Source of the DNA: Lama glama
Lineage: Eukaryota
Assembly: GCA_028534125.1 (NCBI GenBank)
Contig: CM052818.1
Span: forward strand, 18,230,001 to 18,294,000
Reading direction: 5' to 3'
DNA: 64,000 nt
Shown: positions 25,115 to 38,120 of the stretch, one piece after another
How the letters are laid out: every line of letters begins with the position of its first letter
Position numbering within the stretch: the stretch's first letter is position 1
The notes under the pieces: generated by a model
Told to the model about the DNA's origin: nothing
Databases searched by the model: none
The model's input: the letters and a program-made list of their open reading frames with translations, nothing else
Program-made: the position numbers and the translations under genes

Positions 25115-25464
25115 TATTTCAGTCAATTTGGGCTGCTGTAACAAAACACCACAGACTTAGTGACTTTCAAACAACAGGAATGTATTTCTCACGATTCTGG
25201 AGTCTGGAAAGTCCAGGATCAAGGTGCCAGCAGATTCAGCATCTGGTAAGAGCCTGCTTTTTATTCAAAGACAGCACCCTCCCACTGTGTCCTTAAGCAG
25301 TAGAAGGGGTGAGGGAGCTTTTATAAGGGCACTGATCCCACTCATGAGGGACCCCCTCATGACCTAATCATCTCCCAAAGGCGCCACCTCCAAACACCTT
25401 CGTCTTGGGGGTTAGAACTTCAACCTATCAATTTGGGGGGAACACCAACAGTCAGAACATAGCA
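25115..25464 (-). mobile_element. MLT1A-like MaLR solo LTR inserted into a MIR
   Basis: tttgggctgctgtaacaaaacaccacagact...ccctcatgacctaatcatctcccaaagg...catagca; 5-bp TSD-like gcaaa/gtaaa; MIR text on both flanks (~25030-25110 and ~25470-25585). Confidence 0.9.
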
Positions 25465-26554
25465 GTAAAGTAGAAGTTACTATTCTGTACTGATGAGAAA
25501 ACTGAAGGTCGGAGAGGTTAAATGATTTGGCCAAAGGAATACACTTCAAAATGATGAAAACAGAATCTGAATCCAAGGTTGCTGTGAAGACCAAAGGCAG
25601 ATCATGTAAATCACTCAGCACAGCGTCTGGCACATCGATGTTGCTCCATGAATAGTAGCTCCTCCACCACAACACACAAGAGTTTCACCAAAACAACTCA
25701 TCAAACACTTTAGCAATTCTTCCTTCAAAGGATGACTGTGCAAATAAAATAGAATGATTTGGCTCATTATCACTCACTGCCTGGATGTCTCAAAAGGAAT
25801 TCTAGTTCCTGCTAATTGATTAAACCAAGAAGAAAAACCCAATTTACCAGTGCCCTCCTGGAACATTGCAATGCATTTTGCTCTCATATTCGGATATTCA
25901 TGCATACCGAGTATAACGTTGCTGTAGGACTTAAAAGGTGGAAGCACAATGGAAGGGAAACCAAGATTTACCCAGCCCTTACTGTAGGTCAGCAACTGTG
26001 ATAAGCCAGCCCTTATAAACAACTCTGTAAGATAGCTGGCATTTCAGCCTCTTGGTACAGAAGAGAGTGAACCTCAGGAAGGCTGTAAAATTTCTCCACG
26101 GGGTAACTGGGGCATCACTGAGCCAAGACTGGACCCCAGAAAGTGTGCCTGGCTCCAAGTCCATTCTATTTCAACTATAGCACCAAACTCCTGATTGCTA
26201 GAATTTTACTGAGTGCTACTTAACCTCACCCAATTCTCTAGCTCTTTCAAGGACATGTTACATCATGGCATCAATACAATTCAAAGTGCCAGATTCTCTG
26301 CTGACTTAGGCCGAAGTGTCAGTTTATCGTAAAAGGTCACCCTGTCCCAGGACAGAAACCAGAAATCATCAGTATCATCTTCAAGGGGCCACAGTGCTTT
26401 TCCCCCAAATTTTGATTCGCAGTGGATTCCACTACAATCCTGACTTAGAAGATGAAATTCCGCACCCAGAATGCAGCCTTGCAAGGGTTCCCTTTCTCTC
26501 TGAGCCTCTCCGTGTGCCCCCTGCAGCCATGTGCTGTGATCACATTCTCTCATT

Positions 26555-26700
26555 CAGTCTCCACAGTGACCATGCGATGTAGAGACTATGATTAGCCTCA
26601 GTTTGCAGATGAGGAAACTGAGGCTCATGGAGGTTGCACTACATGCCGACCCACATAGCTCAAAGTGTGAAACACAAACACTGAGCCTGGGCTTTTTGTT
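26555..26700 (-). mobile_element. MIR fragment
   Basis: gtttgcagatgaggaaactgaggctcatggaggtt is the MIR core in reverse. Confidence 0.8.
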
Positions 26701-29259
26701 CACTTTTTACCTCTGTCCACTTGTTTTATATTGAAAATAATCTCTTACAATCATAACAGCTGCAAAGGGAGAGTGTCCACTGCGATGTGCGTTGCCTGGG
26801 ACTTCAGTGACAATCTATGATAAATGTTTGTATAACATGTGTACAAGACTCCTGGAGGATAATTCAGTGCTAACAGATTTGGTTAAACAAAACAAACCAA
26901 ATCAGTGATTATAAATGTGCCATTGCAGAAAAGGAAGGAAACTGTGTAGGTATGAGGTCAATTGAATTGATGGGTTTGGAAGGGAAATTAATATTTTAGG
27001 TTTTCAGCTTGGAATTTACTAGAAAAGAGAGAGTGATAGGAATGACCAAAAAAATGGAGGGTCTGAAAATTTGGCCAAACTATTTGCTTTTGGAACATTT
27101 TCCAATATACCTAACCTAATTTCCTCAAATTCCATCAGCATAGTAGAAACAAATACCTTAGTAATAGTAAATTATAAAGTGTCTGATTTCTTGCCCAACT
27201 CCCTCACTCCCTATTAAAATTAGCCTTCACTTCACCCATAAAGGGCCCCTGAGTTACACTGGCAGTTTTGGGGAGTGGACCACGTGTGGACAGAAGTGGT
27301 CCTCTGATCTGGGCCAATCTGCCAATGTCCACTGCCCATGAAGCCACTCTGCATGACACCTCTCCAATCCCACAGCTGCCACAATGTGAGCCTTGCAGAT
27401 GAGAATCTATTGTCTCTTGAGGGATAACCAGTGCTACACTCCATTGGGTACCAGCTCATGAGTTGGACTAAGAAGTGAGAACTCTTACCCTACTAGGTCT
27501 CATTCAGCCAGCCATGAAGCAAAGCCTCCTGCATTGGCAGTGTCCCTGACACACCCCAAGCCCACCTCCCTCCCCTCCAGCTTCTCCACTTCCCCTCCAC
27601 TCCTCTTCATCCCTCTTAAGGAAGGAGTTCCCTTCTGCCTGGAGCCCTTCCCTGCAGAGTGCTCAGACTCCATCCACAGCCTTGGGAGAGGTTAAAAATC
27701 TTCCTGGGTTTTCCCTGAGCTTCCAGGCATTCTGTACACAAATCATGATCCTGGGGGCATCCTCTTCCCCACCCAACCATCCACCAAATTAACATTTTCA
27801 AAGAGATGCCCCAAAGCTATTGGCCATATCTACTCTTCAGCTAGGCTCAAACACTTACAAACCTCTAAGTGTTAAAATCATTTGGATCCCATCTACCTGT
27901 ATGTCACCCTGGATCCTAGGCCAGTGCTCACAGGACTTGCTAAGTGATTAAGTTGCAGTGCTACTTTACAGTTTTCTAAAGTAATCCCAGGCCTCTCCTT
28001 TGCACGGGGCTTTCTATCTCTTTGCTGTAATACAAAATGGAGCCCATGGGAGTAGTACATAAAAATGCTAACATGAGATCAGACGAAAAGTTGGGGTGAA
28101 ATAATTCACTTCTAAGAATAGTCAAGCAAAAATAAACAGTGAAGGTGACGATGGGGACACATATGCAAAGAAATCTGAAGAACAGGAAGACAGCTGGGGT
28201 GAAGAGATTGAATTACTTCTCCTTGATGCCATATTCAGTCTAACTCATTGGTATACATTTATCAAGTTTCTAAAATCACTGAACCTTTTTTCTTCTTCTT
28301 CAGCTACGTTGCCCAATGCTTCCAATAAAGACGCGTCAGTTATCAGGAATAAAAGTCTGCTCTTTAGAGCTCTGATTAGTCCTCAGCACAGGTACACAGG
28401 AGCAGCTGCTAGTTTGTATGAGTCAGACGGAATTCCAGAGAAGGGAAAGGTAAAGTGATTATCCATGTATAAACTACTTTCTTTGCTTCTGCTTTGTCAT
28501 CAATGAACTATTATTACGCAGATACTCAGTAGAGTCAGAGAAAGCCAAATCAAATTCAAGAAATTGAAGATGCTAGTCAGTTTGTCCCATTCCATAGAGC
28601 AGTTCCTTCAGTGACACTAATGTCACTAATGACACACCAGAGATGCAAAGGTGTATGTGCAGTGGGGAGACAGGGGATTGCCATGATTTGCAAAAAGCAT
28701 CCCAGCAAGGCTGCCTGGAAGGGTGAGCATTAAACATGGAGGCAGCATATTCCATAGCTGCCCTCAATGACTTAGAATCTTAAACAGAAGTAGGTCTCTC
28801 CTATGAACATTTTATTGGCCTAATTTTGGGCCAGCAGCCTCCAAACTCTGACCAAGCCAATAACAGTCCTAGCTAACACCGACTGGGCATTCACAAAGCG
28901 CCAGGGCCATGTTTACCTCGCAGAAGATGAAAAAGGGAAAGAACCCTACCCTCTCCCTCCCGCCCTCAAGCTCTTTCTCTCATGTGTTTTTCTTACTCCC
29001 AGAAGAACTAGCTGGACTAAAAGTGCTTCCACCCTTATCAGTCTCAGACAGAAATAGAACAGGGCAGGGTGACTGTTACCTTGTTTGCTTTTTGGCTTCT
29101 AATTGAAGTCAACAAAGCAGATACTGGGGAAGGAGGCCGGAATCTTGAACTAAGAACATTACTACGAAGTATGGTAGCAAAATGGGGGCACATAAAAAGC
29201 AATTGCTGACATAACTCAAGGTTATGAAAAATTCTAGCTTGCTTTTTCAATTCCCATTT

Positions 29260-29460
29260 ATCAAGTACTTAAGTATGCGTTAGGTACTATGCTAAGAACT
29301 TTACGTGCATTCACAGTATCTCATTTAATCTTTACAACATCCTTATTGGGAAGCATTATTTTAATCCTTACTTACAGAGAGGAAGACTGAGCTTTGAAGG
29401 ATATATAGCATATAAGCAGCACAGCAAAGAACTGAGACCCTGATCTATCTTAACCTCACC
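29260..29460 (-). mobile_element. MIR SINE
   Basis: taggtactatgctaagaactttac...tctcatttaatctttacaacatcct...cttacagagaggaagactgag. Confidence 0.8.
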
Positions 29461-29479
29461 AGGCTGCTTCTGGGCCACA

Positions 29480-30130
29480 TGTTTGTTGGAGCCTTTGAGC
29501 TCATCCTGGCATCCTGCTTCAGTCTCATCCCTGCCACCCGTCTCCACCAAGCAGCAGAGGAGACTTCTGAAACTCAGGTCTCATCTTTTTTCTCCCCTGC
29601 TTTAACCCTCACAGGGCTGCCTATATTCCCAAAATTCCCCAACACGGCTTAGCAAGAGCCTTCCTGACTTGACTTTTGCTCACATACAGACGCAGTTCTT
29701 CCAGGGTCCTCACTCTTCTGCTCCACCCACGATGATGTTCCTACGGTTCCTGGAAAACACCAAGTTTCCTCTTCTTTGCAGGTCTTGGTACAAGATGCTT
29801 CCCCGACCACCTTGGTCTTTCTTCCCTCCCTTGCCCTGCTTACCTATTTTACTCTAATACCATCACACCTACCTACAGGATTCAGCACAGATTCACCTCC
29901 CCTCAGAAGTCTTCAAGGCCCCACAGTCTCCATGAGCTGCCTTTTTTTTCAGGGTCCTAGAGCCACCCTGGTACCTGTATTGTTGCACATATCACACCAA
30001 ATCACTTTACTTGCTGACCTCTAGATTAGGTTCTTGAGAGCAACAACTGTATCTTAGCCCTTGTTTTAGTGCCCTGACCTTGGCACTGTGACTGACATAA
30101 ACCAGGTCTCCATCAATCAGCAGAGTGAGT
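29480..30130 (+). mobile_element. L2 fragment
   Basis: Pyrimidine-rich L2 3' text, ending tagattaggttcttgagagc...agtgccctgaccttggcac. Confidence 0.6.
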
Positions 30131-33100
30131 GCAGAAGCCTCAGTGCCGAAAACTGACTCTTTACTAGTGTTGCAGCAAGGGCAGGACATCATGGCAGCAT
30201 GGTTTTGTTACACTTCTCACAATATAAGACAGCATGATTTAAGGGGACTGGGTCTCCAGGGGTATGTCCTACTGGAATGCATGTGGCCCCCTAGTTTCAA
30301 ATCCCTAAAATGACCCCCATTAAGAGAAGATTTTCCTTGCCATTCTCTCATCTTCTCAGCAACGGCCCCAGCTTTGTTTCACCCCAGCACTTACCCCAAA
30401 TTACAATCATCACATCCTCTGGATTTCACAGCCCACCCAAATCAGGGCCATTGTCAACCCTGTTCTTCCTGCTTTTTACTAAACTGGAATAGATTCTGGC
30501 ACACAGAAGATGCTTAATTAACTATGTGTTGAGTGAATGAATCATCTACCTCTTCGAACTTGGTGTGAGATAGCAATAAACATCACAGGTGACCAGCATG
30601 TTTCACATGTATAAAGTGCTAGGTTCAGAGCTGGTGTTTGAGACACGTCTGGAGTTATTCAGGAGGTGCACGTGGCAGCAATGCTCTGTTCTCATCCCTC
30701 CGGAAGTTCTGCTTGGACCCTGTGAAGGGCCGTGCTGCGGCCAAGTCTTTTTCTCATCTACCCTTCTTCCTGTAAGTCAGATGCTCTCCGCTCACCACTT
30801 TGGGGTTTGAGGGGCCCAGCTGCTTTCCTTGTACACTTTGCCATTTTATTGGGCTAGATCCGGGCTTTTATTGGATCATTCTTTAAGAGCAGGAAGGAGG
30901 CCAAATGAGCTTTTCAACCAAATGACTTAAGTCCAATCTTGGTCCATTGTGTTTTAGCAGTGGGCAATGATACTTTTTCTGTACATCTGTATATCTTTCA
31001 AAGGATCCTTATTCTTTCACATCATATTGTTTTTACCACCATGGAAGCTTTGTTTGATCATTGTAACAATATTCAGCTGTGAGCCTAGTAAGTTTTTTAA
31101 TGCTCTCTCCCCTCCAAAAAATGTCTACTTTTATTGGAATTCAGGGTATCTTAGCCTCCCCAAGGCAGAGTTAGTGAAAAACCATCATAACCTCTTGCTT
31201 CTTCAATAATATAAAAGTATTGTGTTTCTATCATCTTTATTACACTTTCCAAGATATTTTCACATGCATTGTGCCTTCTGCTTACCACAGTAACCCTGTG
31301 AGGCTTCTCACTCTTTTTATTGTTTCTAGTTGTGGCAAGTGAGACCCAGAAACAGTAACTCACCCAAGGTCACACAGCTGTGAGGTACTGGAGCCAGCAT
31401 TCAAACATGGGACTCCAAGTTAATGTGCAAACCTTCTTGTTGATTCTTTTTTTCTCTGAAGCATTTCCCCAAAGGCAAGAATGTGGTTTACAAACAATGA
31501 AAAATAGAGCAAACTGGTTCTGACACATTATGTTAAAGCGATACATTAAGAGAATATTGTCCTGGTCTAGAATGAATGTCTGAGTCCACAGAGATGCCCC
31601 AGGATACAGACTGTTCCTCAATCACCATATTTAGCATTTAGATAACCCTCAGCCCTGGGATGTGAGACTCAGCAAAGCTTCCGTTTAAGAGCAGGTGGTT
31701 GTCCTGGCAATGTGATGATGCTGGGGTTCCAAAGTTATTCGTGCACAGTGGTCTCTGGGTCACCCTCTGGTAACTGAGGAGGGAGGCAGAAACGTGGATT
31801 TGCTGGAAAGCAAGCCTGCAGCGCGGGAGGCATGAGAGCATCACCAGCTTGCTGACTGGAACAGCAGTGTGCTTTGCTGTGTGGCCTGTGCTCTGGGGAA
31901 ACGAGCCCTTGGCTAACTCTGCCCTGTCTCTAAGCCTTAACTATTCCATCTCCTAAATGGGAATAACAAGGCTCACGTGAGACAACTCCCAAGTCACTTG
32001 AGAATGACAGTAGATGATGAGTATGAAATATTTAAGGTGCTTTGCATACAATCAAGAGAAAAGCAGAGTTTGCTGCCGACAAGTCTGGCAGCTGTGAGCT
32101 CCAGAGACCTCCCTCACCGTGTCCTCAGGTCCTTTTCTGCACAGGTTTAGTTCAGAAACCACCTCCCACAACCTGTCACTGTCAATACAGGAAACCAGCA
32201 GCCACATCTCTAATGAAAGTATTCAACTAAATTAAAGCAAGTTGTTGGGGGGAAGGTGGGGCAAACGAACAAACTCAGGTTCTCACCAGCCCTATTTACA
32301 GACCCTTGGGTTGAGGGGGGAAAAACTGCATTTGGGCAAAGGGAAAACAAGTTCTAAAAAGGCTTGAGTGGTTTTCGATTGCAGTCTCATCTCCCTGCCC
32401 AGCTGACGTCAGCTCTCTCCCTGGCCGTGTCAATCCACAGCTTCCCAGAACATGAGAAGGGCATGTGGCTGGACTACCTGTTTTCAGAAACAATCATCCT
32501 TCTAAATGATGGCCTTGAGGAGACAAGAACTTACAGGAGCTCAGAATGTAGCCTTCTCGAGTCTCTGCCTCTTCTACCCGCACCCCACTCCCCCGACTAT
32601 CCCTGCCCCGCGCCTCCTAGACTTGCGCAGAGCCACATAAAGACCATTTACAGATTTCCAACCCGTATTTTACCAGCGGAACAAGCAAGGGGTTAAAGTG
32701 GCTCAGCCCTGTCAGGCAGACCTGGCTCTGGGAGCCGCCAGCCTCACACTTCTATCTGGAGGCGTTGGCATCCCCTCAAGGTCACCGGTGGTTAAGTCTG
32801 GGGCAGAAAGGCATCCTCCCCCCGGGGTCTCCGTCCTCCCCTCTTACATCACAGCTCCCAGAGTGCTGTCCTGCTTCCCCTCCTTTCCGCTGTTCAAATG
32901 AGAACCCCCCACCCCCCTTTCCTGTCCTCTCACATTCCTGGGCGGCTTTTCTTTTCCCCTCCAACCGCTTTCTCCCAACAGGGCACTGGGAATTTCTCTC
33001 CGGAATAAAAGGGCTGGATCCCTATTGGCCCATTCTGCATTCATGCACCCTTCAAATACACAACATGACCATCAGTTCATCAAAATACTTGGTGCAAGCT

Positions 33101-33499
33101 GAAAACCAGAATATAGCATTGTTCACAACAACAAAAGTTTACGGGGGCAAGAAGGAGTTAACAACTCCCTTACCTAGTTATGTACTGGGGGGTTTCTCTC
33201 CCCAAAGTAAAAACAGTGGCAGTCAGCATTTGGTTCTAGTGGTTTCAGCACTCCTCTCTTGTAAATGCTCACCCAAGGCACTGCTACTTCTACTTAAAGA
33301 TGCCAAAGACAGGGGCTTCTCCACCTATCAATGCATCTTCATAAGTTTCTTGTGAAAATGTTTAAATATTCAAAACTGTGCAGAAAGCAATATAATAACC
33401 CCAGTGTCCCTAAGACTAGGCTTCAACAATTATCAACAAATGGCCAATCTTATTTCATCTACACCCCCACGTCCCCCAAATCCTCCTCTATCATATTTT

Positions 33500-33620
33500 T
33501 TTTAATTTTATTTTTATTGACATGTAGTTGATTTACAATGTTAGTTTCAGGTGTATAGCAATGCAATGCAGTTATACACACATATATATTTTCTTTTCAG
33601 ATTCTTCTCCAGATATAGGA
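33500..33620 (-). mobile_element. Short young L1 3' end inside an old L1ME-like tail (~33340-33690)
   Basis: tttttattgacatgtagttgatttacaatgttagtttcaggtgtatagca. Confidence 0.8.
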
Positions 33621-35019
33621 AACAAACTATGGTTACCATATTATTTTAAAGACAACCCCAGACTAATTATCTCACCCATATTTTCATCTGTATTTTATCA
33701 GAAAAAAGGTGAGATTTCTCTTATGCAACATCACCTCCTTATTACAGTACATACACATTACCCTGAAGCACCTTGGGCATACCAATTTGCAGTTGTGAAT
33801 AGAAACATAATGATTATAATAGGGATCTTCTCTTTGCTGGACTTGAGGACTCCAGTGAAGGGAGGCTCATGCACATAAGCAATGCCTTAATCTCATTTTC
33901 TATGAGAAGTGACAGCACGAAGTGAAGAGAATGCGTAAGAGATTTAGTTGCTCTCTGGATCCCTGTCACTGAGAAGCTGTGTTACCTTGAGGAAATAAAT
34001 GGCTTTCTCTTGCCTTAGCTTCCTCCTCTAGAAATTGGGGGTAATAGGGCCTGCCCCACTTACTTCTCCAAGATGGGTGAATCCCACAGGATGATCCACC
34101 TTGTCTTTGTAAAGACAAGTTGCCGTTCAAGAGTAAGAAATAATTACAAAGAAAAAAAAAAGAAAGAAAGAAAGGACACATTGCAGAAACAGGGCTCAGT
34201 GGGAGTGTGTAAAGAATATGAAGATTTTCCCTGCCAACTCTCCAGTTACGGTCCCCGAGCCTTCCATGCAAGCTCATAATGGATGCTTGCTGAGGACGCG
34301 TGCAGAGCACCAGCTGCAGAGCTATGTCAGGAGAGGCCCGCTCATCTCTGATCTCAACCAATAAACCTGCCATCCTGGGCAGGGACTGCTTCCTCCTCCA
34401 CTGTGTGGGGTGTTCAGACACAAAAGCCACCAGAAAAAGGGTATTTTTCACCTTCTTTGGAGACCCGAACAGAGGAACAAATCACTGATCTCTCCCCTCA
34501 GAGAGAAAATTGTCTAATAATAATGCTTTCTCCGGCCAGCCAGAGAAACGAAGTGACCAGCTGAGCAGCAAGTAGATGATTGTTCTTTCAGCAAAAACTC
34601 TGCTCAGTCTGAAATCAAAACCCGAAGGCATTTTCAAGGCAAAAACACCTGGGGAGAAGAATGGTCAATGGATTAAAACAAAAATGCCTCTCACCTACTT
34701 TCTTCACAGGGCCGGCCAAAAAAGGAAGAGGAGGCAGAACAGGCACTGAGAAGGGATGAAATAATGGTTGATTATACAATGGTTCTTTGTCTGCCAGGGA
34801 AGCTTCTGGGGCCACCATGCTCTCTGACATTCAGAACAAGGGCTCTCGTGGGTTCTCAAGAGTAGATGAGGACAAGATGGCCACAAATAACTAATGAGGA
34901 CAAAACAAGTCCTGGGGGTAGGGGCCAGCTCTGCCTTCAGTCAGACTACGTGGCCAAAGGCCATGTGTGATGCAAGACTCAGAACTCCATTTTTTTTTTT
35001 AGCTAAAGAAATCACCATG

Positions 35020-35400
35020 TATTCAGAAGGTAGGCTGAACAGCTCTAACAAGCAACTTCCCAAATCACAGTGGCTTAACATGATGAAAATTTATTTCTCC
35101 TTCCAGGAAAGTCTCTGGCTGGGTGGCCCTTTCACTCAATTCCATTTCTAGAACTCGGAACAGCCCCACTGGGATGTGGGGGCCTGGAAATGCTGTTCCC
35201 GGCTGCACAGCCATTTCCCCACAACAACCCCATGACAGGGGAGGGTAGCTTTAGGAGGAGCCTGCTGCTTCCGACAGACCCTAGGATAGTGGGAAACTGT
35301 GCAGGACTGTTACGCTGGGGTAAGGGTGAACTAACTGACAGGTGTTTAGGATCACCTGCTTTGGGCAAAGATGTACACCACCTGTTATAAGGGACACAGA
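35020..35400 (-). mobile_element. Old MaLR LTR (MLT1K/L-like)
   Basis: gctctaacaagcaacttcccaaatcacagtggcttaacatgatgaaaatttatttctc is a typical reversed MLT1 end. Confidence 0.6.
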
Positions 35401-35629
35401 GAAAACAGGACCCTTGATCCTCAAGAGGCTTAAGAACCTAGTGAGGGTGACAAACATGCAGTCAACTAACAACTAACTAGATGTGAAACCTCCTTCCTTC
35501 CCTCTTTCCTTGAATTGTGCCAGCTAATTTACGTTTCACGAAATATTGATGAATTGAATGAAGGCCTACAAATAAGTGATTTACAAGACAAGTACTCATC
35601 ACAGAAATTCATATGGAGGAACTTAATGA

Positions 35630-35820
35630 GCAGAGGCAGTATACTAAGCAGTTAAGAATCGGCATTGGGACAGGCTGCCTGTGTTCAACTCTTGAGTCTG
35701 CCGCTGTGCCCAGTTTTCTCACCTACAAAATGGGGGTGGAAATCACCCTTACCTCATGGGATATTGAAAGGATTAGATGGGAATTAAAAAGGTAAAACAT
35801 TTAGAACAATGCTTTGCAGG
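35630..35820 (+). mobile_element. MIR SINE
   Basis: gcagttaagaatc...cagttttctcacctacaaaatggggg...acctcatgggatattgaaaggattagatg. Confidence 0.8.
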
Positions 35821-37289
35821 TGGATGTTGGCTGCTGTTACCGGGTAATGCTGTATTAAATACAAAGGGTGTAGACCGCGCGTATACATGAGAAGCCTTGA
35901 ATGACTCACTGTGCAAACCAGCAACGTGCAAATCTCGCTCCCAAATGCATTCTTCTCTGTCTCCTCTTGCCACTGTGCCTGCCTGCCTCTCAGGTTCCTG
36001 TGCCATCTCTGTAGCCCCTGCTCTCATCCTAGACAGCTTCTTTTACTTACTCCTTCACTCTGGTCCCACCTGAACAGATTTGCCCTGATTTCTTAGAAGT
36101 GGGGAAAATTTCATATTTTTTACCAAAAGATGTTTTATCCTTTTCCTAACTTGAAATCTTATTTTCACCTTCCTAGTGTGGCAGAGTGGCTTCCCATGTC
36201 TCCATCAAGGTGGTGTGAAGGAGAAAGCCATTCATTCCCGAGGGTTTAGAGGGGGCTTCTTGGCAGAGGTGATACTGAGCTGGCCAGGACTGTGACAGGT
36301 GCAGAAAGCAGTCCGTGGCTAGTGGATTTCTCTTTATTTGATCAGCTCTCAGTATGTCTGGTCTACATTCCCAAAACTAGACTAGCCCTGTTTCACCTCC
36401 CCTTCCTCCAGCTGTCCTAGTTCTCCCTTTGGTCCTAACTGTCCCTTTGTTCCCTGCCTAGCATACATTAGGTTATAAATGCTTACAGAATAAATTCATG
36501 AATGACTCTTCAGTGCCCCACATCTATTTAAGTATCTAATTTTTGATGCTTTTAACTATCTCTGGAATATATCCTCTCATTATTATGCTCACAGTCACAG
36601 GTACCTTCCCCTTTACATCACGATTTCCCCCTCTGTTCCAGCTCAGTCTCAGTGTCCTCAAAAGCACACCTGACACAGGTATGCAGGACTCCTTATCCTC
36701 GCTCTGCAGTATGCCTTGCTCTGTTTTGCTTCCATTTCTGAAAACCCTCATGCTTTGTTTTTATACAATAGATTCTTGGCAGGAGAATTAAAGATGGAAA
36801 CAGTCAACACTTAATGAGCCTCCCTAGCCCCCTGCGCACTTTATGACCAGGTCCCCGAGTACCAAATGTCTAGGCTTGGTATGATTGGCCAGAAAGAACA
36901 GAGCAAGGGTGCGGGAGGCAAAAATCATGTGAAACCTGGAAGGCAAACACACTGAGGTATTGATCTGTAATGATGTGTCCAGGTAAGGAATGTGTACTTA
37001 ACATCTGTCTCAATGTGCATTTCAAACCCACAGTGGGAGGGAAGAAAAAAACTCCATCTTTGGAGTCAGAAATGCCTTGCCTGAAACATCTCTCTGCTGC
37101 TAAATAATTGGGAGAACTTAGGAAAGTCACCTAGTCTCTTTCAACCTCAATGGGAGACAGTTATTTTTACTTTGTAGGGTTATCAAGAGAACTACAAAGT
37201 AGGCTCATAAAACCCTCCACACTGTAAGCATGCCAATAAAACTACATTTCCAATAAAAGTTAGTGATCATGAATAAGAATTTTGTGAGG

Positions 37290-37616
37290 AAGACAAATAT
37301 CATGTGATATCCCTTATATGTGGAACCTTAAGAAAATGACACAAACGAATTTATTTACAAACAGAAACAGACTCACAGACATAGGAAACAAACTTGGTTA
37401 CCAAAGGGAAAAGGGTGAGGGAGGGATAAATTAGGAATTGGGGATTAGCAGATAAAAACTACTATATATAAAGTAGGTAAACAACAAAGTCCTACTATAT
37501 AGCACAAGGAACTATATTCAATAGCTTGTAATAACCTATAATGACAAAGAATATGAAAATATATATATATATGTATAACTGAATCACTATATGTACACCA
37601 AAAGCTAATGCAACAT
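37290..37616 (+). mobile_element. L1 3'UTR fragment (cetartiodactyl type)
   Basis: Homologous to 10980-11330 (acagactcacagacatagg; gagggataaattaggaattggggattagcag). Confidence 0.9.
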
Positions 37617-37619
37617 AGA

Positions 37620-38120
37620 GCCTGCCCTCCCAGGGCTAATTATAATGGAGTAAAATCATCAGGTCTGTGAATGATCAGAGCAGGAAGACAGTATGTAAGC
37701 TGTAAGATGGCGTGTGCAAGGCAGCACGAGCGCTTTAGAAGGAAGGCTTAGCAGAGCCTAAGGAGATCAGAGGCCAGAGACATCTGCCCAGGGGAAGTGA
37801 CAGTGAAGACAAGCTTTAAAGGAAAGGAGGAACTCTCCATGAAAACTAGGAGGGAAGGCCATTTTAAGCAGAGGGAAGAGCTTGGGCAAAAAGCTGAGAC
37901 AAGAGTAGCATGATGCACTCAGGAAGCAGCAGGCAGCCCGAGGCAAGAAGGATGCAGGCCTGGGAGGTAAAGCAGGAGCCAGATCACACAGGACTCACCC
38001 ACAGCTGTCCTGCTGAGGACTGTGACCTTTATTCTATGGGTACTGAGGAGTCACTGAAAGGCAACGACAAGGTGGGATTTGCACTGAGCAAGTTTTCTTT
38101 AGATACTGTAGAACATGGGC
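37620..38120 (-). mobile_element. L2 fragment
   Basis: cctgccctcccagggc...gggaaggccattttaagcagaggg...gactgtgacctttattctatggg. Confidence 0.65.

Noticed and set aside
31702..31780. C/D-box snoRNA-like arrangement (GTGATGA 31712-31718, CTGA 31774-31777)
   Set aside because: Weak terminal stem, no clear C'/D' boxes and no rRNA/snRNA complementarity I can recognise; an Rfam or snoscan search would settle it.
32765..33355. 196-aa ORF
   Set aside because: Starts at TTG, is C-rich low complexity, and has no recognisable homology or exon structure.
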